Assembly (NCBI GenBank): GCA_051294905.1
Contig: CM119372.1
Coordinates: 11,408,001 to 11,472,000 of the forward strand
Reading direction: 5' to 3'
DNA: 64,000 nt
Source of the DNA: Botryllus schlosseri
Lineage: Eukaryota
Shown: positions 23,708 to 36,004 of the stretch, piece after piece
How positions within the stretch are numbered: the stretch's first letter is position 1
Layout: each line of letters opens with the position of its first letter
The notes under the pieces: model-generated
The model's input: only the letters and a program-made list of their open reading frames with translations
What the model was told of the DNA's origin: nothing
Database searches by the model: none
Translations under genes and position numbers: made by a program

Positions 23708-25260
23708 CTACAAGCGACATTCCTCTCGGCAATTCCCACACCACGTCTGAAGGTAGGAGCGCTGCTGTACTTCGATAGGTCTCCACAAATTCTTTAGCTC
23801 TGCGACACTGAAAGGCTCAAAGTTCTTCTGTGCCAGTGTTTCCGCTGTTAAATTCAATCACTCATCAACATCAGCCAAACATTTCCCCCAAAGGGTGGAT
23901 AATAGATATTACAGTATCTTCCCTATTATAGCCTAGTCTCAAATTGCGCAAAAAGACTGACAGAGACTTGTGATAGAGGCAACGAGATTGTATCAATATC
24001 TTATGATTTTACTCGTGCCTAATGGACATGCATATGCATATACGTGCACATTGCACAATGTACATTACACAAGCAACTTTGTTTGTCTTATATAGCCATG
24101 ATCAGGCCCCCCTTGGGGTGCGAGAACTGTTCCTAGGTTGCGTTAATGTTAGATCGCTAAAGATTGGTTAGGTCTACTCAAGCATCTCTATTTGTATATC
24201 CTTGGGTCTACTCTACGTAAATACCAAAAAACAAATTCATATATTGCTTTGGAAATTTGCAAGAGCAGTATGCCACTGAATTGTCCCATGTACTAAAAAA
24301 TATCTATTCACTGCAGTGAGCACAAGAGTTTTTCTCTACTACCTTTGTAATCCTTCGTAACGTGTTTAGAGTTCGGTTCATATTTCCTTCGAAATATTTA
24401 CTGCCTTCAACGTGAATTGATGTGTTGCGATAGTTCAGAGCAGCATAATTTACTAATATACGTGACGCAAATCTCAGCGTTTACAACAAAGAATTCGTCA
24501 ACATGTTCCACATCAAATCAGGCAATTACAGGATGATGACACTTCTCCCTCGTCATCACTGTCCCTACGTACCATGTGCGACTGTAGGATCAGCTAACGA
24601 CTTGTAATTCTGTCTTGTCCGGTTACTTGAATAATAATAAAATTAGATCGTTTTGGTATTCAGGCAATTCTATAATGGGGTGCGAGAATTGATTGGTGAT
24701 TGGAATGGGGTGCAGCAAGGAGGAAAGGTTACGCCAGTATAGCTTTTAACACGAGCCGACATTCGGCTCCGTTTCAACACAAAACAAGAGAATATTGGCG
24801 CAACGTCTACTGGCCTACATAAAATCTATAACTGTATCTAACTATCCATTCTAGTGTAATGGATGAAACTGCCCAAACTATACAATGGAACGACTCGTTT
24901 GATTTGCACCCAAAGTTCGATCCAGGATTCCTAGTAGACTCATGAGCATGGGAGACAAGTGGTAACTTTTTTATACAATAAGCATTTCAATACACGGGAA
25001 TTCAATGAATATGAATTGTAAAATCAGATTAACATTCTCTCACCAAAGCGTTTCCTTCTGCCGACAAGCAGCACGTTTCTGCACACAAAGCATAGATGTT
25101 TCGAAGAGCATTCGCCTCTTTTCTCTACCATTTCGTTCGATATTTCACTCATGTCATGATCCGCGTAGTTGTCGAGATCTCCATGACCAGCCCTCAGCAA
25201 ACCATAACCGCTCGTTGAATATGAAGATAACAACACAAGGAAGAAGATCCATGTAGCCAT
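23708..25260 (-). CDS. Secreted peptide/hormone-like precursor (150 aa); exons 25260-25044, 24930-24884, 24581-24530, 23844-23708
   Basis: Signal peptide MATWIFFLVLLSSYSTSGYG; KR, RRKR and RR sites; Cys segments GECSSKHLCFVCRNVLLVG and SYLQTWCGNCREECRL; four GT-AG exons join in frame (phases 1/0/1). Confidence 0.7.
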
Positions 25261-28200
25261 CTGAGTTCGAACAACAAAATATTGATCAGTCCACGGAGAT
25301 TTACTATCAATAATAAATTCAGAATTCATTCAACTGCAAATTTGTTATTGTTTCATAACATCATAGGATTTTGAAACTCTGCCGAAAAGATTGGTAAAAT
25401 GAAACAAAAGCATTTGGATAGAGTCCTGGTGACGAAATCGAAAACGGTGGGCGAACTGGCCCCATGAAAGTGGTGGTAGGGTCATCGTGTCCTATATCGT
25501 AACTGGTATTTACAAGTATATTATACGATGGATATTTCACACTGTGCGACAGATGATAGCACCACCATTTCCATGTTATAAAGGTTGTACTGAAAATATC
25601 CAAAAGTTTTAATTCAAATTTTAGAATTAAACACCGGGAGGGGGGCAACAACGATGCCTATAGTGGACTAAAGTAGAATGTGCAGGCCTAGATGGTGAGG
25701 CATGTCTACTCATGGCCCGTTAGCAGAGGTTCACGCGAATTCACTGTTAGAGTTAGATAAATTGGAAACGTGGTGTCTAGAGATCTGAAATCAGAAGGGA
25801 CGCAGCGTCATTAAACATTTCACTTTACTCAAATAAGGCTGTATACGGTATATGGACAAACTGACACTGCTTTGCACTTGGAAAACATAAGGTGATCTGT
25901 ACTATCAAGGAAAACATCACACGCACAGAAAAATAAATTACGGAACCTTTACCGAAGCCGAAAAAATGTTGCAGAATGTGCATGCAATCCGCACTGAGAG
26001 AAATTGAGTCGGTACAAGGGTTACGACTAATATAAAGACTAATTTCTTGAATAGCGTCGTGGGAATACTATTACACATAACACGCGTTTACCATATTTCG
26101 GATCGCATATTCGTCGCGTCAGATTCAACTAATACAGAGGGCGCACATACCACTTTGGTAAAAAATAAAATTGATTGAACACCGACACACGGCTCATCAT
26201 CAGCATTTTACAAATTCCACAATACTTTCAATGCAGCGCAAAGAAGGAACGAGTCGACACAACTTGATGCAGTCAAACAGCTACCCAAACGGATTCATAA
26301 TTTCGCCAAAGTTTGACAAATCATATGTAAGTGAATAGCTTACCATTTCCGATATGTACATCGTCATAAATAAATATTTCGTTATTCGATATGGAAGTAA
26401 ATACCTGCGTCAAAATGTATTAGAGATGGTGTAACTATAACACCATGTCAATATAATACGCAAACACCTTCGCGTTTTGTTACTACGATCAATATCCACG
26501 TGAAGCAAATATCTTTCTCAACTAATTAAAGAATATATTTCCCTCTTGGTCTGGCTACTCATATTTCCAGATGCTTTGCTGACGAGTGTATACGAAACAA
26601 GACCCGAAAGCAAGGACCAGCTCGTCGCCGCATCGAGTGCGCCGTGACGCTTCAAAAATAATTCCGACGGTCACGTTTTATAGCCTGACCGCTTTTCCCC
26701 TTTTTCTCGTTTCATATCACAGCCGCATTGACGGCAATGTCGGCGAACAATAATTGACTACCATTTGGCGTTTCCGTAATTGAGGTAGATCTCGACATAA
26801 CAATACTTGAAGTCAAATAAAAATAATATGATCCCTCGAGAATAAAAGTATTATCCAAAATTACTCTTTATAATATGATGATGACAGTTAAAATAAGTTT
26901 TCTGACGCATATATTCGCACTATATGAAATATTCAGAACGATAGTCGGTGCAGGTGCGTAAACAGCATGAAAATCTATTCCCATTTACGAATAGCTTGAA
27001 AAGGGAGAAGGCCGTCATTCCGCTTATGCCCCATTGTAATTGGACGTTGGCGTAAAATCTGATAAATATTCCAAAAACGCCCATGATATGTTACAATGAC
27101 GGATCAGAGATATTAAATACACAGTCTATTAGCGTACTGTTATTTGCTTCAACATCAACATTTTTCATCAGTCTCCTTGACGTACCAGTATGCATTTTTC
27201 AGTGATCGACAAAGATAGTTTTCAGATAGTTGTTCCTTGTCATTCTTTTCACGACTACCTATTTAAAATGTTGAATATTTCACAATATGCGATGGTATAG
27301 TAGAATCTGCTGAACACATCTTGAAGGCAAGATCAGAAAAATTCGATCCATAAATCTGCAAGGTCCGTTACGGGCGGCGAAATATTGAGTCATGCCAATC
27401 TAAATAAATACCTGCATTATTTGGAGTTATCAGGGTTGTATAGAGTTATCGTGGTGACGTCATATAGAATAGCGTTCACGCTCGACTTCACAGAGAACCT
27501 TTTACAAAGCCCATGTTCGCACGTACCAGAACCTTTCAGGGGTTCACCACCATCTCTGCTAAAATGTATATCTGAGCGGATCGATTTATGACGAAACTCC
27601 CACGTAAATTGATTGCATTGTGGGACATGATTTCAATGATAAACACAACATATCGAGTGACATATGGTGAAGTATCGTGTTATTACGAAAGAGTTGATTG
27701 CTATCGAGGGCTGCTAATTGTATTTTTGAATTGCATACCGCATTGAGTGCTATATAGTCTCATCCACGTGAAAGGGACTCGGAGAGTAATCCCAGCAAAT
27801 CAGCCAAGTAAATATATATCCTTACCTAGCATACACCCGCTCTGTTATTTCATAAAAAGTATTTTAGTATAGATCAGTCATCATCAGTGATTCTCAAACG
27901 TCGGCCCGTGTGAAGTTTTTCGCCTGTCCGAAGAGTATATTACAATTTTGTATCTCAATCACAAAATGCAATTATTAGGACTGGGCAACATTGCTACGTG
28001 CAAACATTTCCCATTGTCTCCTATGTAATGGGTTTCCTAAACAATCAGACAATCAATGAATTATGTACGCACCATTGCACAGCGATATATTTATCAATAT
28101 TATATAATCCGTTTCTTCGCTGTACCGTACTGATTACACACGACTTTCATTTCTCGATGATGATAATTCTACCTGTTATTGTCGTAGGATCTTTATCAGC

Positions 28201-29463
28201 AGGCTGCCATTTCATTCAATAAATTGACAACCGACAGCCAATAAGAATAACGCGTTTTCGCATTATACTGCAACAGATAACGCCATTTGATTGGAAACTC
28301 GCGCCACCTCGAGTAATCATCGCGCGTATCCTACTTCTAGCGTCGCGACCACTGAGCTATATAAACACTGTTTTATTAGGGAATTGGGCCATGGTCGCGA
28401 TTAGCAGTATTTCGTCACACTGTTAGCATTCTTCCGGATCAGCTAATTTCATGATCCCAGCCTAAAATGCGTCCCGATCAGCAGTCTTTAATCACATGAT
28501 TAGCAGTTTCCCGGATCAGCTAACTTTATGATACAGCATTGAATGATTTATAATGATTGCTTTTGAGTTACACATATTTGCCGTACTTATGTTTGAAGTT
28601 TCGGCGGTCCGCAAAATTTGTTTTTAAAATCTAGCAATCCGCACGCTCGAAGAGGTTTAGAACCACTACGGCGTCATAGATCAATGTACTCGACTTATGC
28701 AAATCGAATACACAATTGACGAGACTGTTGACGGTCCTGTGTACGAGTGTCAGTATAGGTTTTACGAGAGGGATATGCATATCATTCATGTATGTATTCT
28801 TGTTTCTTGTTTTGTGGTATTCATGGTGTTTGTCGACTACTATGGTCATTTACACCGGGCCGATATTCTTCATTATTTTCCGTAACTGCCGACTTAGGGT
28901 GCGTTCTAGGTGACGTTTTCGAAATGATTTCAAAACCAATCATGAGAACACGACCGTTCGAAGTGGACCTGGTTTCGGTAGTGGTTTCGAAATCACCACG
29001 TTTCGACTGGTGGTTTTCGCGCCGATCTTCTCGAAAACCCAACCGTTCGTAGTGGCTCTTGCTCGACTACCGAGGGCGTTCGTAGTGGCGCGAAACGCGA
29101 AATTATTATCGTGCTAGCAGGCTACTACGAACGTGTATTTTCGCGCTTGTTGTTGACGCGAAACTACCTGTTACAGGTGGTATAAGCTTGTCGACATTGG
29201 TGATATTGCTTATGGAAGTGGCAGATATTGGATACCGGTAGTTGTTCTATTCAGTGAACTGCATGTATGTATGTTGCATAATGTATGCAATTTATTTTTT
29301 AGTTGGTAACGGCATATATCTATATATCTATAATAAATATATAAAGCAAACGAAAATATTGCGATATGTTTGACGCAATAAACAGACACTTGCGCCTTGC
29401 AATGATAAATGGATATTATTATTCTAGCATGCTGCACTAAATTAACACTGCAATTCTAGCAAC

Positions 29464-29754
29464 TATAAGCCGCCGCAGAGCCAATTTAAAATTTTAATTT
29501 AGTAAGAAATTTTTTTTGAAAAATACGATTTGTTCTGTCAACTCTATGAACTTGTCGAGTTGTCCCCAAAAACGCTGTAAAGCAAATATGACTCAATTCC
29601 AACTAGTAGTAGCGGAGGTATTTGAGTTTTTCGTTGATAATTCTCGGATTATCCACCATCGGTTTTGAAGGCAACTCAACAATTTCATGGGGTCGAAAGA
29701 GATTTTTTTTTCCTAATAAAATAAAAATTTAAATTGCCTCTGCGGCGGCTTATA
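29464..29754. mobile_element. MITE
   Basis: TIR TATAAGCCGCCGCAGAG.CAATTT and its inverse ending GCGGCGGCTTATA. Confidence 0.65.
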
Positions 29755-31443
29755 CTTGTTAAAATTCAACCAAATTGGGTGTGCAGCGTTTTTTAGGGTA
29801 ACCTGGCAATTTAATCAGTGAATGGCTGGAATCAGGAAAAGAAGTTGTTTTTGAACAACCCTAATGCACATAGGAGCGCAAGAAGGCATGGACGTAGCCA
29901 CGTAGCCACGTAAGATTTATGAGAAAGAGAGAGAGATCATATATATTTTCGCCTACACCATCGAGATGCTTTGACGATGGAGATGCGACACGACCTTTAA
30001 GTAAGGTCATCTAGCCTGCAGTCTGCACCACCATTTTTCTCTTTCATGGTATCCGTGGATGATGAGCGCCTAGTGGGATAGCCACGATATAATATTCGGA
30101 GTTTGGTTCTGTTTTCGCCTACCACCCTTTTCAACGCTTTGGTTGTGAAGACACGGTCTTTTCGCTTAACAGTGCGCTGCACGGCAATACGATTGCGTCG
30201 TTCGACAAGATGATGGTTAACCCGAGACGCGAACAAACTCGATCTATAAATTTGGGCCAATGCGCTTGCGCATGTCCAAGTAGAGTTGACAACCTCCCCA
30301 CGAATATAAAAATGCGAAAGACATGCGGAGAATGTTAGCACACGCCGATTGGATTGTACAATGTACATTGTACATGTGTTGTAGCCTACTGGGTACGCGT
30401 GACCGGGCCGGTTAAGCACACGGCGAGATTACCCAAAATTTTACGGACACGCACTGACCGATATATTTGTATCTGTCTACTTGGGAAAATCCCAGGGTCT
30501 GCGTGGAGTAGGCCAATTCTGCAGCCGCAGGTTCGGTGCCTATGTATATTTTATATGATGATTGGCTATAGATATTCATCCAGCGTACACATCATGTACC
30601 ATAACACATTGAACCAATCATTCTATTATGGAAATCAGAAAGAGGTATTTGGCTGATACTTGATCCCAACGAAATGAGAATGCGAAATGCGCTATGAATA
30701 TGAAATGTCTTGAGCGATATGGGTATCAAATTTCACTCCTTCTATGCGCATCTGACCTATTTCGCTTAAATTGCGCTTGAGAACTATGAAGTGAACTACC
30801 AAATTGGTGGTGTGAATGACGCTGGGTGAATATTTGAGACTATGCATATTAATGAGCAATCCGCACTGGGCTATATATACCGTAGAGAAGAGTACAGTAT
30901 AACCGATAGCCTATAGGCCTATATCATCATTTGAAAAGAATAGATATTATCGATCGAAATTTATTCTATCTGACGCAAAGAATTGTCTTGGTCGAAAAAT
31001 GCTTCCACTGCGACATCATACGTCGCAATACTTATAGTCTAGACCAGGCGAGGTATGTATATAAAACACATGAAGATAATTATAATCATAATCATAATCA
31101 GTTATCTGAACAAACAAGACACACACATAATGTACAGTGCGACGTAATGTAGCCTACCTACCGAACGCCGCGCAGTTGCAGTCTTTTAGACTGACATCCC
31201 CGTCGGCCTAGAGCGCCCGATGTTGATCTTTAAGCCACGACCCTTTCTAGATCTTTCCATTTCTTGTCAGTGTTTTCTTTCTTCGGGCCTTTTATGGGCT
31301 TTTTGTCGCAGTAAGACGACGGGGTAAGAGGAGCCCTGATAAACCTACGACGGGAATCGTCACTATCATCACTATCTCCCGACTACACTATCTCCATCAC
31401 TTCACTATATCTCACACAGAAACAGGTTCACCATACCGTAGGG

Positions 31444-32387
31444 CAGTGGTCGGGAACCTTTTTTGTCCGAAGAGCCATATTGGCCCTATTTTTTTCCATC
31501 TCAACTCCCATAGAGCCATATATGCCAATCAACTGTTACGTCACAATTGAAAATTCGTGACGTTATGGTAGCACTTATTCGAACTCGCGACATGGGATTG
31601 CTCGTGTGCGCCATATTTTCTCTGTAAAAACTGGTATTTATTGTTCGAAAATAAAAGTCGAAACGCGAGGTAAAGGCACAGACAGGCCATGCAAGCCTCA
31701 CCATTGCTAACGCAATTCATTGTAAGTAGCTTAGAATTTAATATAACTGGTAATAATCGAATGTGACTGTAACACTGATTCCAAAAATCTAAATACTTAT
31801 CGACTTCTTAATTCTCAAAGTATTCGGCGGTAACAAAACGTCGCGCTACACGCATACATTTTGCCGACGGTACCACACAGAGCTACACTTACCAATCAAG
31901 AATGTGGATAGCTGTGGCGTTGTTTGTAATTCGAGTTTGTAATTGCGAAGGTCACATTCACAACAGTTAATTTCGCACCGTAGTTCAGGAAGACAATGTG
32001 TATTTGAAAACTGCGTTTTGAAATGGGCGTCGCCATGACTGCTATGCTCTTCGATTAAGCAACGTATCGCACAATGCAAGATTTCGAGTCGGGTACATAG
32101 AATTCGCGAGTGATGTTGGCCGCCAGCGTGACAGTATAACTTGAATTTGATGATTTTGAAAAGAGGGGGCTCGAGCCCCTAAACCTGAAAACGGCTTTGT
32201 CTTTACCTCTCAAAGACATGTTTATACTGCCACGAGAATAATTATTCTGACCGTGATGAAAATTTACCAACAAGTCGCTGCAATATTGATCAATTCAGCG
32301 CAAAAATAAACATTTGGCAAAGAGCCATATCTTATATCCAAAAGAGCCACATATGGCTTGCGAGCCATCATAGGTTCCCGACCACTG
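31444..32387. mobile_element. hAT (Buster-type) non-autonomous element
   Basis: TIR CAGTGGTCGGGAACCT / AGGTTCCCGACCACTG; perfect TSD CCGTAGGG. Confidence 0.85.
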
Positions 32388-32660
32388 CCGTAGGGTAAGG
32401 TGGGGCACAATGGATACAGGGGCACGGTGGTATGCCTACATCGTGAATACTTTAATATCTATAAAGAATATACATATAGCTTCGATGATTTAGTAGTGTC
32501 CTATCATCCGTAATCCTGATGTGGTTTGATTTCGCTGTCTTTGTGAGAAATGACAAGTCTCTTGATTTTTCTATCCTACGTAAATTTACATCGCTACCTT
32601 TCAATCGTTTTTAGCTGGGTATATCTGTTTTGATGTGCTTGAAATTGGTACACAGCTTCG

Positions 32661-32864
32661 TCAGAGTAGCTGAAAGTCACCGTATGCTATTTTAGGCGCA
32701 GAAATGCGATTTTGAAGTTTTTTTGGGTTTTTGCTCTGAAGAAGTGGGTGGGACACATTAGGACAATATGGCTGGATACAATGGTATCCAAAGGCAGATT
32801 TTAGAAAACATATAAAAATCAAAAGAAGCAGCGAGATCGTCACCAACACTCCCTTAAAAAACAT
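32661..32864 (-). CDS. Candidate small secreted protein (67 aa if unspliced; possible donor at 32680)
   Basis: MFFKGVLVTISLLLLIFICFLKSAFG is a clear signal-peptide pattern, followed by YHCIQPYCPNVSHPLLQSKNPKKLQNRISAPKIAYG. No downstream exon found. Confidence 0.45.
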   Translation of the reverse strand: MFFKGVLVTISLLLLIFICFLKSAFGYHCIQPYCPNVSHPLLQSKNPKKLQNRISAPKIAYGDFQLL

Positions 32865-33889
32865 CCCTTGCAGTGTCACACAATAAATGGAGCGGCAAGC
32901 TGCGGCTATCGTTGTTCGATTTAATGTTAGTAAATACGAGACGTTAGAGTCTTGGTTTATAATTTGCACCGCAATCTCATTAGTATGCTTTTTCGATTGC
33001 CAGCAGTCTATCGCTTCTCTTATTGAAGATTGCATCCAACACCTTCGAATGTGCATTTAGTCTCTACCATCCCCAAACACAAAAAGAATGCTACATCATT
33101 GTCGTAACAGACGGTTCATTATCAGTTATATGAGTATATTTATAATATCACCAGATCAAACATCACAAGATTGCGATACAGTGAAAAGATGATTTCTATC
33201 ATATTATTGAATAGTAGGCTATATTCATATTGAAAAGAACCCGAATATTTTCGGCTGACATCGTCATTAGCAACTTGAAGAGAATTGGAAAGAACATTGA
33301 ATATCAACAATCGGATCACAAAATATGACGTCACGGGCATGAAATTCCGAATAATCGGAGTGAAGAGAACGCTTAAGTTCAATATACTATCTTTAGGTGG
33401 TACACGAACTCCTGTTGGCACAGACTTTGTTGGCGTATTTCGATAAGAGTAGACTAAAGGCTACAGGCTACAATGACTACAGTGAAAGTGTGAAGGGCCT
33501 CTACCCACAACACGAAATCTAATGTCTCGATATGTTCGCACAAACTGGATTATCCAACAAAGGTCTGTCAGTGGCAGCATTTATGGCCTTTACCTGTTCT
33601 GAATCAATCTTCATGGGATGAGCCAAGGGTGAGCTTTTCTCCAAGCGTGGTGCGCATGTTCTAAAAAATGAGGGACCTGCTATTCTATGCCGGTCGGATT
33701 CCTGAATCGATACATTTCTCGCGTTTTTATCCGCCAGTACAAGGAATAAATGGTATTCAATGTAAACTTTACGCTTAAAATATACAGACCAAAAAGTATT
33801 TAAAGAATTTATTAACGCAATGTACTTCAATAACTGTTAATGAGACACCATGCTGTGGTCGATCAAAGCTGTCAGCAAGTTCGTCGAAC

Positions 33890-34831
33890 CAGACTTGGAC
33901 AACTAGATAATTATAGTAGTCTAATTTCACTAAATTATAGCGAAATCCCATTAATTTAATTCTAATCTAATTTGCGAAATGTTTCCATGCTCTAATTCTA
34001 ATCTAATTTATGAATTGCTCTTATATGCTCTAATTTTAATTCTAACCTAATTTGTCAAGTGTTCCTATGCTCTAATTTTAATTCTACTAATCTAATTTTT
34101 TATTTTTCTTCAAATGCCTATTTGACCGCGGCATTTTGCAGCGAGTTAACAAGAATATCCCTCAGGCACAGGGAATCCAGTATCAAGCCGCCATCGCATT
34201 ACTTACACCGTACAGAAATTGTAGTTATTGTGCGGCGAATAATGCTGTCATAGTAGCTTGTTTGTCTGTTTTATTGAACAATTGTGACGCTTATTGCCTA
34301 ATCATGTTATTTGCGCCATGGTAACAAATGTTGTAATGTGCCTGTGCGTGGCCGTGCATTGATCATTATTCGCGTTCTTCCAAATTCACAGATCAGATCG
34401 CTGGCTGTGAAATATGACCTCTCCGGTCGCGTATTGAATACCCCTGGTATAGTGCAAAACGAGCAATAAAGCTTGGTATACAGACGTGAATCATGTTCGT
34501 GGTTGTGAGACTCCACTGTAATTTGATGTGAACTGAACGTTTTGCTGGATTTATTCCTCATTCACAATTTCATTCAATTTCCAAGTTTTTCCAAATTCAG
34601 TAATTCTCATTCTAATTTTAATCTAATTAGAAAAAAGCTTTGAAGCTCTAATTCTAATTCTGATCTAATTTGGAAAAGTTGTGTAGCTCTAACTCTGATC
34701 TAATTTGGAAAAATTGTGTAGCTCTAATTCTAATTCTAACTCTAATCTAATTCGTAAAAAAACTCTGTAGCTCTAATTCGAATTCTAATCTAATTCGAAA
34801 AAGCTGAAAATTTTCTACTTGTCCAAGTCTG
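33890..34831. mobile_element. hAT non-autonomous element, family C copy 1
   Basis: TIR CAGACTTGGACAA; flanks CGTCGAAC/CTTCGAAC; subterminal CTAATTCTAATTCTAATCTAATT arrays. Confidence 0.8.
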
Positions 34832-36004
34832 CTTCGAACTCGCTGCGCGTCGGACGTAGATACCCTTGGTAAAGACTGCATGTGAACATCAGTTAGATTG
34901 GAACGCAGCTTTGTCATGTTAATGTGCATGGTCAACAAATTTTTGCTGGCAAATGCAGGCTAGGTATAATAAGTTGTATACCCGAACAGAACAACAAGTA
35001 GGCCTACTTTCATGGCCATCTTTCAAATGTTGTCAGACTTGGATTCATTCAGTGACGCGTAACATTTTTTAACGCTTTCAGATATGTTTCTAGTTGGCCA
35101 CGTTTCACATTAGGAATTCTACTTCAGGGTAGAAACTGTGTGCGAGCCGCTCAAACATGTTTTATAGTTCTCCATGCTTCAGATTAGCATTTCTCTTTCA
35201 GGGCAGAAACTGTCTGTGGGCCGCTCAAAGTCCCTTCGCCGTCCGGACATGACCCGCGGTGCGTATCTTCCCCGCCCCGTCCTACTGCATTGCAACATGA
35301 TTCGAGCGCGTGTTGTGGACGTCTCACCTCACATTGACATTGGATAACGACCTTTTGTTTACGAGCTGCTGCAGCACAGTAATTTTATATGTTGAACATT
35401 TGTGTTTTTTGATAACCGCAGTCGGAGAAAAATATCAGTTTTGAAACCGTTCCCTGCAGTAACAAAGGTTGCTGTACTGACGAACACGATCTAGCGCAGT
35501 GGTTCTCAAACTGGGGGCGTGAAAGCATCTGAAGGAGGGCGCGAATCCGAGGACAACTGATTTTTTTTTCGCGCTACGCGCGATTCACCTCCAATTCATG
35601 TTCTAGTTGTCGCTCTGTGTCTGTGAATACTGTATAGTCCTAATTTCATATTTGAGAATTCTCTCAACAACAGTCATAGCACGGTCATCAAACTATCCGT
35701 TGGGATTTCTAGCATTGTGGTTACATTTTGTGACATGACGATAAGAGGGGCGCAAAATTTTCCCCTTAATTTTTTGACGTCAACTATGACACTATAGAAT
35801 GTTCTATAATGACACCCACAAGTAGGGTTGCATTTAAAACAAAATTATATTTGAAAAATCATATTTGAAACAATAGGGCCTTTAAAACATCTTTTAAAAG
35901 CCATGACCTCACGAATATTCAATTGTGGCGTCATAGTCGAATGACATTGAAAATATAGGATAAATCTAGCTCATTTGACGAAATAGGCTTCCAGACCCTG
36001 TCAC

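Noticed and set aside
29997-31380. Coding-looking minus-strand stretches (30.0-30.3 kb; SGDSDDSDDSRRRF... at 31.2-31.4 kb)
   Set aside because: Could not find credible acceptors or a start; no homology recognised.
33519-33830. 103-aa minus ORF with an internal strong donor
   Set aside because: No phase-consistent partner exon with a good acceptor, and no motif.
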